A stretch of DNA of 64,000 nucleotides from assembly GCA_040767085.1 (NCBI GenBank), contig JAXGPF010000010.1:160001-224000 (forward strand). The letters run 5' to 3'. This DNA is from Kiritimatiellia bacterium. GTDB lineage: Bacteria; Verrucomicrobiota; Kiritimatiellia; JAAZAB01. The translations under genes were made by a program, and so were the position numbers. Within the stretch, counting starts at the first letter, position 1. Each line of letters starts with the position of its first letter. The notes beneath the pieces were generated by a model that made no database searches, was not told the DNA's origin, and saw nothing but the letters and a program-made list of their open reading frames with translations. Shown here piece by piece: positions 52,410-62,058 of this stretch.

Positions 52410-53795
52410 TGTCGTAAACAAATGACTTGGCCGCATAATTAACAAATGATTTGTCCGCTTAAAGCTGTCAGGATGGTGCATTCAAAGGGGGGTTATATGG
52501 ATGAATATCCGAAGGCAGCACTGGAGCGGGCAATGAAGGTACAGGAAGTGATCTTGCGTGCGATTGAAGGGCGGTTAATGTGGTGGGAGGCGGCGGAGAT
52601 ACTAGGTGTGAGCTACCGGACCATGCGGCGCTGGAAAGGGCGCTACGAGCGGTATGGTTACGACGGGCTGCTGGATCGTCGGCGGAAGATACCGGGGCCG
52701 CGGCGCGTGCCCCTTGCGACGGTGAAGCAGGTGCTGAGGTTGTACCGAGAAGAATACATGGATTTCAATGTGAGGCATTTTCACGAGAAGCTGCAGGCGG
52801 AGCATGGGATCGAGCTCAGTTATCAGTGGGTCAAGAGCGCCTTGCAGACGGCCGGGTTGGTGGCGAAGGCCCGGAAACGAGGGCCGCATCGGCAGCAGCG
52901 GGAACGGCGACCAATGGCGGGGATGATGTTGATGGTGGATGGCAGCACCCATGCCTGGTTGCCCCTGCTGGCGGGCCAGAAGCAGGATCTGATCCTGGTG
53001 ATGGACGATGCCACCAGCGAAGTCTACACGGCCTATCTTGTGCCCCAGGAAGGGACATTAACGGTGATGAAGGGGTTGAAAGAAGTCATTATTAAACATG
53101 GGGTTTTCTGCAGTCTGTACACGGATCGTGGCAGTCATTTCTTTTATACGCCCAAAGAAGGCGGGGCGGTGGACCGGCGTCAATTGACGCAAATTGGACG
53201 GGCGTTGCAACAGTTGGGGATCGAACATATTCCGAGCTATAGCCCCCAGGGACGTGGGCGAATAGAGCGGATGTTTAAGACCTGGCAAGGGCGCCTGCCG
53301 CAGGAATTAAGGCAGGCGGGAATCCGGACGATGGCCGAGGCCAACGTCTATATTCAACAACAGTTTCTGCCTTCCTTCAATCGCAACATGAAGGTGAAGG
53401 CGCGGGAAACAGGAACGTGTTTCGTGCCTTGCGGTGAGCAGGATTTGGACAGCATTTTCTGTGTGCAGCATGCGCGAGAGGTTCAAAATGACAATACCGT
53501 GGCTGTCGGGAGTCGCCGCTTGCAGATTGGACCATCAAAATGGCGTTTCAGCTTCGCCAAGTGCCGGGTTAAAGTCTGCGAGCACCTCGATGGCACGGTG
53601 TCCATCCGTTATGGCCCGCATGTGGTTGGCCGCTACCAAGGACCGTTGAACATTTCGGCGTCGCTGGAGGACGTCGCATAAACTTTTTCCTCCCCCGCGG
53701 GGGAGGAAAATCCTCACCCCAGGAGCAACAACACACAATAACAAATCGGACAGATCACTTGTTACAAAAAGCGGACACTTGACTTGTTACGAACA
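52410..53795 (+). mobile_element. IS1202/ISNCY-type insertion sequence, copy 2, with 16-bp target site duplication
   Basis: TGT...ACA ends with imperfect IRs and repeated sub-terminal motifs; GGGCAAAGTCGCGGGG at both 52394-52409 and 53796-53811. Confidence 0.95.
52497..53681 (+). CDS. DDE transposase (IS1202/ISNCY type)
   Basis: Protein identical to copy 1. Confidence 0.93.
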   Translation: MDEYPKAALERAMKVQEVILRAIEGRLMWWEAAEILGVSYRTMRRWKGRYERYGYDGLLDRRRKIPGPRRVPLATVKQVLRLYREEYMDFNVRHFHEKLQAEHGIELSYQWVKSALQTAGLVAKARKRGPHRQQRERRPMAGMMLMVDGSTHAWLPLLAGQKQDLILVMDDATSEVYTAYLVPQEGTLTVMKGLKEVIIKHGVFCSLYTDRGSHFFYTPKEGGAVDRRQLTQIGRALQQLGIEHIPSYSPQGRGRIERMFKTWQGRLPQELRQAGIRTMAEANVYIQQQFLPSFNRNMKVKARETGTCFVPCGEQDLDSIFCVQHAREVQNDNTVAVGSRRLQIGPSKWRFSFAKCRVKVCEHLDGTVSIRYGPHVVGRYQGPLNISASLEDVA

Positions 53796-53826
53796 GGGCA
53801 AAGTCGCGGGGGGGGAGCGGAAGGAT

Positions 53827-54065
53827 GTAAGTTTTAAGGTTGACCGTTTTAAGGTTTTAGGGCTGAACATTTTCCCCTTTGACCCTCTAATCCTTTGCCC
53901 CTCTGATCCTTTGATCCTCTGCCCCTCTCTGGACCTTTGCCCCTTTTCTGATTTAACCACGAAGAACACGAAGGGCACGAAGCGGAGAAAATTCACATCA
54001 AAAGAACGCAAAGATCGCGAAAGGTCCAGATACTGTGCTGCCCCTTTAATCCTCTGCCCCTCTCC
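53827..54065 (+). repeat. Composite intergenic repeat element, copy B
   Basis: TAAGTTTTAAGGTT..CCGTTTTAAGGTTTTA, CCTYTGMY runs and AACCACGAAGAACACGAAGGGCACGAAG (53955-53982). Confidence 0.82.
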
Positions 54066-54077
54066 AGCCCGGCCCGA

Positions 54078-55922
54078 TCACATGATTTCCAGGGCCGACT
54101 CCCAGTTTTTCAGGCGCGCGACATCGTACCCCAGTTCGGCGTATTCTTCTTCCAGCGCCTGCCGTTCGCGGCCGGCCGTGCCGGCCGGCGCGCGCATGAG
54201 CAGTTCGCGCAATTCCCGGCGGCGCCGTTGCACGGCGGCGGAGCGCAGGCTCAGGATCAGGTTCTGGACGGACTCGCGGGTTGTAGCAAATTCACTGGTG
54301 ATTTTCGGCGGCGCCGCCAGCACCCGGGCGGCGAAGTGCATCAAGGTCTCGTCGTCGGCAGCCGTTTGCGACAGCAGCGCGGCCAGGGGGCATCCCTGGG
54401 CGGCGGCTTCGCAACTCAACTCGACGATCCGCCGGCACAGCGGATGCGTGATGCATTCCAGCGGCAGGTATTGCCGGGCCAGGCTGGCCAGTTCCGGCTC
54501 CGCCGCCAGATGTTCCGTCAGCGCCAACTCGCGTGCGGGCGGAGGCTCGGTGGCCGGCGCGGCGCCTGGCGCTGGCGCTTCCGGCCGGGGGGCGGCGGGA
54601 GGCGGCAAGGCGCGCAAGTCCCGCTGCAGCACATCCACCGGCAGGCCCAGGGCGGCGGCGGCCTCCTGCAGCAGCAGGGATTGCTGGACCGCGCTTGGGC
54701 TTTTCTGGATCATGGCCAACACCGCCCGGACGGCCCGCAGCCGGCCGGCTTCCGTGTCGGCGTCGTCAGTGCGGCGCAGGATGTTGATTTGAAAGGCCAT
54801 CAGCGGGCTGGCTTGCTCCAGCAATTGCCGGAAGACCGCCGGCCCATCCGGACGGCGCAGGATGGAGTCAGGGTCGTCGCCCTGGGGCAGCGTGGCGATG
54901 CGCACGGCCAGGCCGAATTGCAGGAAGACTTCGGCGGCGCGCAAGGCGGCGTTCTGGCCGGCGCGGTCGGCGTCGAACACCAGCAGCACGTTGTCGGCAT
55001 AGCGGCGCAGGATGCGGGCATGCTCCTCGGTGAAGGCCGTGCCCTGGGCGGCGACGGCATTGTCGAACCCGGCCAGGTGGCATTGGATGACGTCAATCTG
55101 CCCCTCGCAGATCATGACCCGGCCGGCGTCGGCAATGGCGCGGCGCGCCCGGTCCAGGGCGTAAAGCACGCGCCCCTTGTGGAAGATGATCGTTTCGGGC
55201 GTATTGACGTACTTAGCGCCCTGGTCCTCTCCGGATAAACTCCGGCCGCTGAACCCGATCACGCGGCCCTGCTCGTCGCGGATAGGAAACATCAGGCGGT
55301 TGCGGAACCGGTCGTACCAGTGCGGCTCATGGGGCCGGCCAACACTCCGGCTGGCGGCCTGCACGGCCAAGCCGGCCTGTTCCAGGAGGGCGGGCTTGAA
55401 CTTGCGGCCGGCCCAGGCGAGCAAGGCGTCCCACTTGTCCGGGGCGTATCCGATCATGAAATCTTCCACGGCGCGCTCCGAAAGCGCGCGCGCCGCCAGG
55501 TAGCGCCGCGCGCTTTCCCCGGCCGGACCTTCACGGAGGCATTGCTGGTAAAACCGGGCGGCCGCCTGGTTGATCGTAAAAAGCATTTCGCGGGGGGAAG
55601 TCTGCCCGGCGGGCGCGCCGCCGGAACGGTCGAGCGACACGCCGGCGCGGCGCGCCAGGAGTTGCACCGCGGCGATGAAATCCAGTTTTTCATACTCCAT
55701 CACGAACCGGAAAACGTCGCCGCCCTTGCCGCAGCCGAAACAGTGGAAAACCTGGCGTTGCGGATTCACGACGAAGGAAGGTGTTTTTTCCTTGTGGAAC
55801 GGGCAGAGCGCCTTCAGGGTGTTGCCCTGGCGCTGCAAGGGCATGAAGGATTCGACCACCGCCGCGATGTCGCTGCGGGAGCGGATTTCTTCCAGGACTT
55901 CTGGCGGTATCATTGGTGACAT
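54078..55922 (-). CDS. dnaG: DNA primase
   Basis: CPFHKEKTPSF, DRFRNRLMFPI, KYVNTPET, EGQIDV and DADRAG motifs. Confidence 0.97.
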   Translation of the reverse strand: MSPMIPPEVLEEIRSRSDIAAVVESFMPLQRQGNTLKALCPFHKEKTPSFVVNPQRQVFHCFGCGKGGDVFRFVMEYEKLDFIAAVQLLARRAGVSLDRSGGAPAGQTSPREMLFTINQAAARFYQQCLREGPAGESARRYLAARALSERAVEDFMIGYAPDKWDALLAWAGRKFKPALLEQAGLAVQAASRSVGRPHEPHWYDRFRNRLMFPIRDEQGRVIGFSGRSLSGEDQGAKYVNTPETIIFHKGRVLYALDRARRAIADAGRVMICEGQIDVIQCHLAGFDNAVAAQGTAFTEEHARILRRYADNVLLVFDADRAGQNAALRAAEVFLQFGLAVRIATLPQGDDPDSILRRPDGPAVFRQLLEQASPLMAFQINILRRTDDADTEAGRLRAVRAVLAMIQKSPSAVQQSLLLQEAAAALGLPVDVLQRDLRALPPPAAPRPEAPAPGAAPATEPPPARELALTEHLAAEPELASLARQYLPLECITHPLCRRIVELSCEAAAQGCPLAALLSQTAADDETLMHFAARVLAAPPKITSEFATTRESVQNLILSLRSAAVQRRRRELRELLMRAPAGTAGRERQALEEEYAELGYDVARLKNWESALEIM

Positions 55923-56023
55923 GTCAATGCTGGCTCTGATTCATTTTCCCACGCGCTGCGCTGGAGCACACGCCGGAGAATGAGTCCGTCCGAAAAAAAC
56001 AAACCTGGCGCCGGCGCGGCGGT

Positions 56024-56611
56024 TCAATCCTCCCGCGGCTGCCCGTCAAGATCAGGCGGGGGGGCGCTGGAATGCGGCGCGGTTTCTGCGGCCGCCTCCG
56101 GCTGAAAATCGACTTTAATGGCGCGCACGAACCGGATGACCGGCGGCGCCAGCCGGGCGGTGATGCGCCCGGCGCAGGATTTTTGCTGGAGCGTTTCCCG
56201 CAGCGGTTCGGAAGGCCAGAGCGCGCCGGCGAATAACAGCATGATCACGACCAGGGCGCCCCGCAGCAGACCCATGACAGCGCCGCCGATCCGGTCAATC
56301 AGGATGTTGAAATGCACTTCCATCAACAAGGCCACGATCAGGTGCAGCAAGGCGCAGCAAACGCCCAGCAGCATCACGATCAAGGCGAAGGCGATGGCCT
56401 GTGCCATTTCGGGGCTGGCGGAAAGACGGGTATGCGCCGCCAGTTGATCGCCGATAACCGCGTAATACCGCCAGCCCATGGCCAGCACCAGCGCCGTGCA
56501 CAGCAGGCGGAAGAGTTCGCCGGCCATCTTGCGGCGCAACCCCATGACGATTTCCCAGGCGATCATGCCCAGCGCAATTAAATCGACCGCATTGTAAGAA
56601 AACTGCGCCAT
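56024..56611 (-). CDS. CvpA family membrane protein
   Basis: Hydrophobic protein with GLRR and IDRIGGAVMGLLRG motifs. Confidence 0.85.
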   Translation of the reverse strand: MAQFSYNAVDLIALGMIAWEIVMGLRRKMAGELFRLLCTALVLAMGWRYYAVIGDQLAAHTRLSASPEMAQAIAFALIVMLLGVCCALLHLIVALLMEVHFNILIDRIGGAVMGLLRGALVVIMLLFAGALWPSEPLRETLQQKSCAGRITARLAPPVIRFVRAIKVDFQPEAAAETAPHSSAPPPDLDGQPRED

Positions 56612-56633
56612 AGCAAGCCTCGCTCGTTAAAAT

Positions 56634-58010
56634 TCACATGGCGTTGGATTGTCGGAGCGCTTCCAGCCGCTGGCGCGCGTTGCGCGCGCGCACATCCGCC
56701 GGGAAACGCTCCAGGAACAACTCGTAATGCCGGATGGCCTGTTCCGCCAGGTTCAAGCTGCGGTCGTAAACCTGGATCAGCGACCAGAGAGCATTGGGAT
56801 CATCCGGCCGCAGATTCACGGCGATTTTGAGGGAGACCAGCGCGGCGTCGTATTCCGACTGCTCCATGGCCACGCGCGCCAGGGCCAGGTGGGCCGCATA
56901 CCACTGATCATCCAGGGCGACGGCCTTCTTGAAATGCAGCAGGGCCTCTTCCGGGCGGTTCTTTTCCAGGTAATACATGCCGACGTTGTAATGCGCCTTG
57001 GAATCTTCGCCGCAGGCGAGGGTGGCCGCGCGGAGCATGGCGCGGAACGTCTTCTCGTCGCCGGCGCGTTCCGCCGCCCGGACGGCCAGCAGGTAATGAT
57101 TAACCGCGGCCTCCGCCCGGCCCTGGTTTTCCAGCAACCGCGCCGTGCGCGCCAGGTCGTCGGGGGAGGGCGGGGCGGGTTGGGCGGGGGCCGGTGCGGC
57201 GGCGGCTTCTTCCGGCGGCGGGACGCCGAACAGGGCGGCGGCATTCAGTTCGCGGTTTAATTCATCCATGGCCTGGGCCGCCAGTTCCATTTGACTGCGG
57301 CTGGCGCCGCTCAGGCGGGAATATTCATGAAACAGCGAGCGCGCCTGGATCAGGTTATTCTGGCGGCGGCGCACCAGCGCCAGGTTATAAACGGCGGGGG
57401 GATAGGCCGGATCCTTTTCCAGGCATTGCTGCAAAAACCTGGCAGACTGGTCCAGGTTATCCGCCTGCAATTCCACCAAACCGAGCGCCGCCATGATGCG
57501 GGGCAGGTGCGGCTGGCGCCGGTGGGCTTCCATCAGATAGCCGCGCGCCTGCGGCAGGTCGCCCATGCCGCGCCGGATGGCGCTCAGGTATTCCAGCGCC
57601 ATGGTGTCATCCGACGCCAGGTCCGACGCCTTTAAAAACCATTCCTCCGCGGTGGCGGCCCGGTCGAGTTCCAGGTTGATCACGCCCAGGTTATACGCCG
57701 GTTCCGGCATGGTTGGGGCGAGATTATGGGCGGTGCCGAGGGCGACCATGGCATCGTCGGGCCGGCCGGCGCGCGCCAGGGCGATCCCCAGGTGGTTCTG
57801 CAGCAAAGCCGCGCGCGCCGGATCATTAGCCCTGCGCACAGCATACTGCAACTGCTCCACGGCGCGTTGCCAGTCGCCGTGTTCCAGGGCTTTTAATCCA
57901 TTGTAAGAGGCCAACTTGTCGTCATTGCCGGCGCAACCTGTCAGAACCAGCGCCAGACAGATTGCTGCGGCAGCGCTGCTTCCGGCCGGTTTCGCGCAAA
58001 TACTTGCCAT
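56634..58010 (-). CDS. Tetratricopeptide-repeat lipoprotein
   Basis: LTGC lipobox and multiple AxYNLG TPR units. Confidence 0.85.
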   Translation of the reverse strand: MASICAKPAGSSAAAAICLALVLTGCAGNDDKLASYNGLKALEHGDWQRAVEQLQYAVRRANDPARAALLQNHLGIALARAGRPDDAMVALGTAHNLAPTMPEPAYNLGVINLELDRAATAEEWFLKASDLASDDTMALEYLSAIRRGMGDLPQARGYLMEAHRRQPHLPRIMAALGLVELQADNLDQSARFLQQCLEKDPAYPPAVYNLALVRRRQNNLIQARSLFHEYSRLSGASRSQMELAAQAMDELNRELNAAALFGVPPPEEAAAAPAPAQPAPPSPDDLARTARLLENQGRAEAAVNHYLLAVRAAERAGDEKTFRAMLRAATLACGEDSKAHYNVGMYYLEKNRPEEALLHFKKAVALDDQWYAAHLALARVAMEQSEYDAALVSLKIAVNLRPDDPNALWSLIQVYDRSLNLAEQAIRHYELFLERFPADVRARNARQRLEALRQSNAM

Positions 58011-58169
58011 GCCCAGGCACTCCGTGGTTGTAATAATCAAAGCTCGCGTTATAATAGCGCAAACGACGTCATTGGCGCAACAAATTTAACAGGGCAGGGT
58101 GTAATTCATTCCGGACCAATCCTCCCGGATTTTGATGTTGCCCATGACGAGAGCGCCATTTGATTTTCG

Positions 58170-58246
58170 CGGGGCGTAGCGCAGTCTGGTAGCGCGACAG
58201 CTTTGGGAGCTGTAAGTCGTGGGTTCAAATCCCACCGCCCCGACCA
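58170..58246 (+). tRNA. tRNA-Pro (anticodon TGG)
   Basis: CGGGGCG acceptor stem, ACAGC-TTTGGGA-GCTGT anticodon arm, GGTTCAAATCC T-arm and encoded CCA. Confidence 0.97.
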
Positions 58247-58390
58247 TACTTCGCTCGGAGCTACGTATGGCAAGCCATACTTCGCTCGGAGCGGAGCGAC
58301 GAGCGAAGTATGCCCTACGTAGCACGGCACCGCGCCGGGCGAAGTAGGGCCGACTCGATGGTTCCCGCTCGGAGCTACGTATGGCAAGCC
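58244..58390. repeat. Cluster of palindromic CTTCGCT/GCTACG REP-like repeats
   Basis: CATACTTCGCTCGGAGC x2, CGCTCGGAGCTACGTATGGCAAGCC x2 and a 12-bp perfect stem CATACTTCGCTC/GAGCGAAGTATG. Confidence 0.85.
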
Positions 58391-58407
58391 AGCCTTCTGA
58401 CAGAACC

Positions 58408-58665
58408 ATGCACCATGTCTACCTGCTCAGGAGTCTGGCCGAGCCCAAGCAGACATACATCGGCCTGACGGACGACATGCGGGCGCGGCTGAAGAGCCAC
58501 AATGAGGGTGCCAACTTCCACACCGCCAAGTACCGCCCTTGGGAACTGGTCTGCTGCATTTTGGGCTCCACCAACCGGAGGTACGGTTCAAACGAGCGCC
58601 AGTCACCCCGATCATGCTTCGCTTGGAGCCCTACAAGGGATGAAAGCGAAGCATGCCCTGCGTAG
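58408..58665 (+). pseudogene. GIY-YIG nuclease, C-terminally disrupted
   Basis: HVYLLRS...YIGLT.D..ARL..HN.G...T.KYRPWELV; similarity is lost after about residue 50 and the conserved C-terminal Glu helix is missing. Confidence 0.8.
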
Positions 58666-58672
58666 CCTGGGC
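58613..58672. repeat. Related palindromic repeat downstream of GIY-YIG
   Basis: CATGCTTCGCT...AGCGAAGCATGCCCTGCGTAGC mirrors AGCGAAGTATGCCCTACGTAGC at 58302-58323. Confidence 0.75.
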
Positions 58673-58827
58673 AGCAAATAGTCGGGCAGAATGCTGGTGT
58701 GCCCGCAATGGCGGCATAAGAAACGCGGAAGCGGAGGCGGTCGTTGCGTGGATCGTCCACCGTCGCATAAAGCCGACCTCGTAAGCAAGCGAGCAGGATA
58801 ATCAATTGACAGTCAATGATTGGGCAT

Positions 58828-58856
58828 TTGACAATGGGGCACATCGGAGTTATAAA
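58828..58856 (+). promoter_or_regulatory. Near-consensus sigma70 promoter (candidate cassette promoter Pc)
   Basis: TTGACA-17bp-TATAAA upstream of the cassette array. Confidence 0.75.
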
Positions 58857-58927
58857 ATACATAACTAAATCGGCTAGTCAGCTTTCACGAAGTAGGCTTA
58901 ATAATACTGTTCTGCGGAGAGGAAAGA

Positions 58928-59401
58928 ATGGATGATCAGAAGACAACGATAAACCCTCCTCTGTTTCTGGCGAGCACAACCATCGCCTGCTGGCGGTGCG
59001 GGGCGGACATGCCGGCGGTCGGCCTGATCGCTCCCAAAGTGCCGGATAATGAAGACGAAGTATGCATCCTGTCCGACATTACGGAACTCCCGCCGTCCGT
59101 CTTGGCCTTCGTCCAGAAACGTTTCCCCACGTTCAAGCGGAAGTTCTCGAAAACGACGCGGACCGAATACTACGCGAACACCTGTCCGAAGTGCGGGATC
59201 CTGTCTGGTGATTTCTACCTGCATTCGGAGCCGGGTGGCCCATTCTTCCCTGAATCGGAAGCCGACGCCGCCTGTCTGACGGTTGAACAGATCCCCCTGG
59301 AGGGCCCAATCGAGGTGGAGGCCGGGCTTGGCATGGGTGGCGGAGACCTGATTCTGGAACACGGAAAGAAACGGACGCAGGAGGGTAAAGGTATCAGTTA
59401 A
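58928..59401 (+). CDS. Hypothetical zinc-binding protein, first cassette-like gene
   Basis: CWRC...YYANTCPKCG..GDFYLH.EPGGPFFP; RBS GAGG; preceded by AATAATACT-GTTCTGC. Confidence 0.75.
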   Translation: MDDQKTTINPPLFLASTTIACWRCGADMPAVGLIAPKVPDNEDEVCILSDITELPPSVLAFVQKRFPTFKRKFSKTTRTEYYANTCPKCGILSGDFYLHSEPGGPFFPESEADAACLTVEQIPLEGPIEVEAGLGMGGGDLILEHGKKRTQEGKGIS

Positions 59402-59521
59402 GGATTCTTGTACTTTCTACCCGGTCAACCAAGGAAAACAGAAATACATTGCTTTTTAGTCCGGGAATCGCCTATCATCCGGCGTTGATGGAAAGTCCGG
59501 CCGGGATTACCATGGGGAAAT

Positions 59522-59611
59522 TCCGAACCGACCTGCCGAGCTCAACTGCCGTTCGCCCCGAAACCGAGCTTCCGGTCTCTGTCAGTTGCACTCAACAGTT
59601 CGCCGTTCGCC
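59522..59611 (+). other. attC site (degenerate)
   Basis: R'' TCCGAAC, GAGCTCAACTG/CAGTTGCACTC stem and R' GTTCGCC. Confidence 0.65.
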
Positions 59612-59679
59612 AGACCAGAATGAAGACTGAGAAGGCAAGAGGGAATAGCCGAGCGACGAGAACGGACATGAGGGTCTTC

Positions 59680-60174
59680 ATGTCCCTGCTCGAACTGTAC
59701 GACGTGTGCTTGCTCAATGCTGACGACTTACTGAACGAGGCGCGCTTGCTCCTCAGTCACGGCCATGTTGCCCGCGCGTTCGCGCTTGCCTACACCGGAT
59801 GGGAAGAGGTAGGGAAAGCCCAACTCGTCGGTGACTACGCGAACGACATGGTCTCTGAGGAGGAGTTCGAAGCCGCTTTCAGAGATCACAACCTTAAGTC
59901 CGCATACAACTGGCGACAGTTCGTCTTGAACACCAAAGACATTGGTGCATCGACGATTCAGTATGATCGCGCCCGTGCAAAAGAGGCATTTGAAAAACGA
60001 CAGGCAGCCTTCTACGTGGGAAAGGATGCTCATCTGAAGCCTCTGAAACCCGATGCGGGAGTGACCAAGGAGGAATCTGAAAAGGTGATCCGAGCACTTG
60101 CCTCGGAACTGAAGCAGATCAGGGAGGCGGATGCGTTCACGGAAAGGATCGGTTCAGCCTCGTTTCTGAAATAG
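59680..60174 (+). CDS. AbiV-family (HEPN) abortive infection protein
   Basis: NA..LL.EA.LL...GH.ARAFALA....EEVGKA and F.DH..K motifs; start chosen by RBS (59620 or 59668 also possible). Confidence 0.8.
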   Translation: MSLLELYDVCLLNADDLLNEARLLLSHGHVARAFALAYTGWEEVGKAQLVGDYANDMVSEEEFEAAFRDHNLKSAYNWRQFVLNTKDIGASTIQYDRARAKEAFEKRQAAFYVGKDAHLKPLKPDAGVTKEESEKVIRALASELKQIREADAFTERIGSASFLK

Positions 60175-60177
60175 AAG

Positions 60178-60247
60178 GGCGAACAACGCGTCGCTCCCTA
60201 TTCGCAGTCCGCGCCGGGCTGCTCAAGGGAGAACGCGGACGTTGGGA
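60178..60247 (+). other. attC site
   Basis: R'' GGCGAAC (exact complement of the GTTCGCC that opens this cassette), stems CGCGT/ACGCG, CTCCCT/AGGGAG and GCAGTCC/GGGCTGC, R' GTTGGGA. Confidence 0.85.
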
Positions 60248-60260
60248 GCAAGGGGGCAAT

Positions 60261-60896
60261 ATGACACCGCTTGATTACGACACCGATCAGAACCTGATCA
60301 AGTCATACAACTTCCCGATCATGGTCAAGAGGGCGGTCCAAGAGATGCAGGGCATGGCAGCGGCCATGATTTATGACGGGCGCTTGGATGACGTTGAGAT
60401 CAACCTGATGAGTGACTGGCTCAATCGCCACATCGTGGAGGCCGGTGATTGGCCCCTCTCGGACCTTGTGGCTATTCTCAAGAATGTCCTCGCAGACGGC
60501 GTGGTTACCGAACAGGAAAGACTCAATCTCCTCAACTTTCTCGCCCAGTTCGCCGCTGGCCCCCAACAGCCAGAAGTCATTCAAGGCATTTTCGACTCTG
60601 ACGCAAAGATCATTTTCCCAGGCCAGATGTTCCTGTTCACCGGCAAACTGGTCTTCGGCACACGTAAGAAGGCGGAAAATGCCGTCGTGGCGCGTGGAGG
60701 ATCAATCGCCCCAGCATCGGTTACAGGTGATCTCAACTACCTTGTGGTGGGTGAGCTTGGAAGCGAGGCCTGGAAGTTCAGCCGATTCGGATCAAAGATC
60801 GAAAAGGCTATGCAAATGCGGAAGACCGGCAAAACACATTCTTTCATTGTTCAGGAGAAACGTTTCGTTCAAGCTGTGATCGAAGCAGGAACATGA
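60261..60896 (+). CDS. BRCT-domain protein with helical N-terminal domain
   Basis: FLFTGK..FGTR......ARGG......LNYLVVG...S.AW....FG.KIEKA. Confidence 0.85.
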   Translation: MTPLDYDTDQNLIKSYNFPIMVKRAVQEMQGMAAAMIYDGRLDDVEINLMSDWLNRHIVEAGDWPLSDLVAILKNVLADGVVTEQERLNLLNFLAQFAAGPQQPEVIQGIFDSDAKIIFPGQMFLFTGKLVFGTRKKAENAVVARGGSIAPASVTGDLNYLVVGELGSEAWKFSRFGSKIEKAMQMRKTGKTHSFIVQEKRFVQAVIEAGT

Positions 60897-60899
60897 AGC

Positions 60900-60965
60900 T
60901 TCCAACCAGGCCTTCCTGGCTATCGGCACCCCGGGGTTGCCTCAGCCAGAAGGCTGACATTGGCC
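60900..60965 (+). other. attC site (R' GTT mutated to ATT)
   Basis: R'' TTCCAAC, GCCTTCCTGGCT/AGCCAGAAGGC stem with one extrahelical base, GGCACCCC/GGGGTTGCC loop stem and ATTGGCC. Confidence 0.8.
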
Positions 60966-60996
60966 GAGAGTGAAGAGGGCGACCCCAAACGCAAAT

Positions 60997-62058
60997 ATGA
61001 GAGACGCAAAACGAAATGTGATGATCGACATCGTGGGCGACGTACCCGAAAGGTTGCGCCATGTTTTCAAGTTCTACGGCATTCCCACTCTGGCAGAGCG
61101 GTTCGCGTCCCTGCCACAAGTCATCACCACGGCCTTGAGCGTATTGCCCAACGACGGAGTGAAGAAGGCCGATCTTTCGACCTTAGTGCGAAACCGAAGT
61201 GGTTTGTCAGACGTTTTAATCAGAAAACCGGAACTTCTGCAGGCCTATTTGGAAGCGTTCGAAGCTGCACTCACGCAGCTGGAAAAAAACGGGCAGATTA
61301 CGGCATATGGTGATTTTGTTGTCCACCACAAGAGGCAAACTAAACATGGCGAGGATGTCGCGCTACGGGAGATAACGGACACGCCCCCGGAGAGCCCTGA
61401 AGATGTCCGGCGCCCTGAGCCGAACACCGGTCTTCTGCGTAGGTCTTCTAGCCACCTTCCAACCATCCCTAACTTATCCGAAGCTTTGCCCACCGAGCAA
61501 TCACAATTTGCCGAAGTTCCACGCGCCCCTTTGGACGCCGATGCGCAGAAACAACTGGCGATTTTGGCGAACGAGGTAACGGAAGACGCAGCCCCCACAG
61601 CGCCAGAGAATAAACAGCAGCAAACGCCACCATCGCTTGTACCCCCAGACCCTCTGAGCCACTTGAAAACACTGATTGAGAAAGAACTTGGCGTTAGTGT
61701 GCAGAAACGGCTCAATGAAATCTCCCTCTCTGAGATTGTCCCAGGCTGTTCTTGTGACTGCACTCTATCCTTGCAGTCGGCGGGCACAGAATTAGAGATC
61801 AAAGCCGTGTTTCCTCTTGTCATAGATTGCACCATTGAACTTCTCGAGATGGCCGAGGCGGAGCGTCTTTGCAGCAATCTTGGGGTTGCGACTGCTCACG
61901 GAGACCGTGTGGTAATTATTCGCAAGTCCGTTGACTTACGACGGCATGAACCGGCCGAACTCCATGCACTCAGCGCAAAGGTCCTTCAAGAAGTCGTGAA
62001 AGTCGCTAAGGTTATTTACGACGGTGAACGTTTTCGAGACAAATCTCGTACAATGTGA
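60997..62058 (+). CDS. Hypothetical protein: helical N-domain, Pro/Glu-rich linker, alpha/beta C-domain
   Basis: Long ORF directly after attC, overlapping the next gene; start uncertain (60970 GTG or 60997 ATG). Confidence 0.75.
   Translation: MRDAKRNVMIDIVGDVPERLRHVFKFYGIPTLAERFASLPQVITTALSVLPNDGVKKADLSTLVRNRSGLSDVLIRKPELLQAYLEAFEAALTQLEKNGQITAYGDFVVHHKRQTKHGEDVALREITDTPPESPEDVRRPEPNTGLLRRSSSHLPTIPNLSEALPTEQSQFAEVPRAPLDADAQKQLAILANEVTEDAAPTAPENKQQQTPPSLVPPDPLSHLKTLIEKELGVSVQKRLNEISLSEIVPGCSCDCTLSLQSAGTELEIKAVFPLVIDCTIELLEMAEAERLCSNLGVATAHGDRVVIIRKSVDLRRHEPAELHALSAKVLQEVVKVAKVIYDGERFRDKSRTM

Noticed and set aside
58562-58615. Minus-strand DRGDWRSFEPYLR resembling the missing GIY-YIG C-terminal FERYLK helix (possible micro-inversion)
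   Set aside because: The match is too short to distinguish from chance without an alignment, and no clear inversion breakpoints are visible.
59449-59619. Long N-terminus of the AbiV ORF
   Set aside because: It spans the upstream attC site; the cassette starts at 59605, so the real start is downstream.
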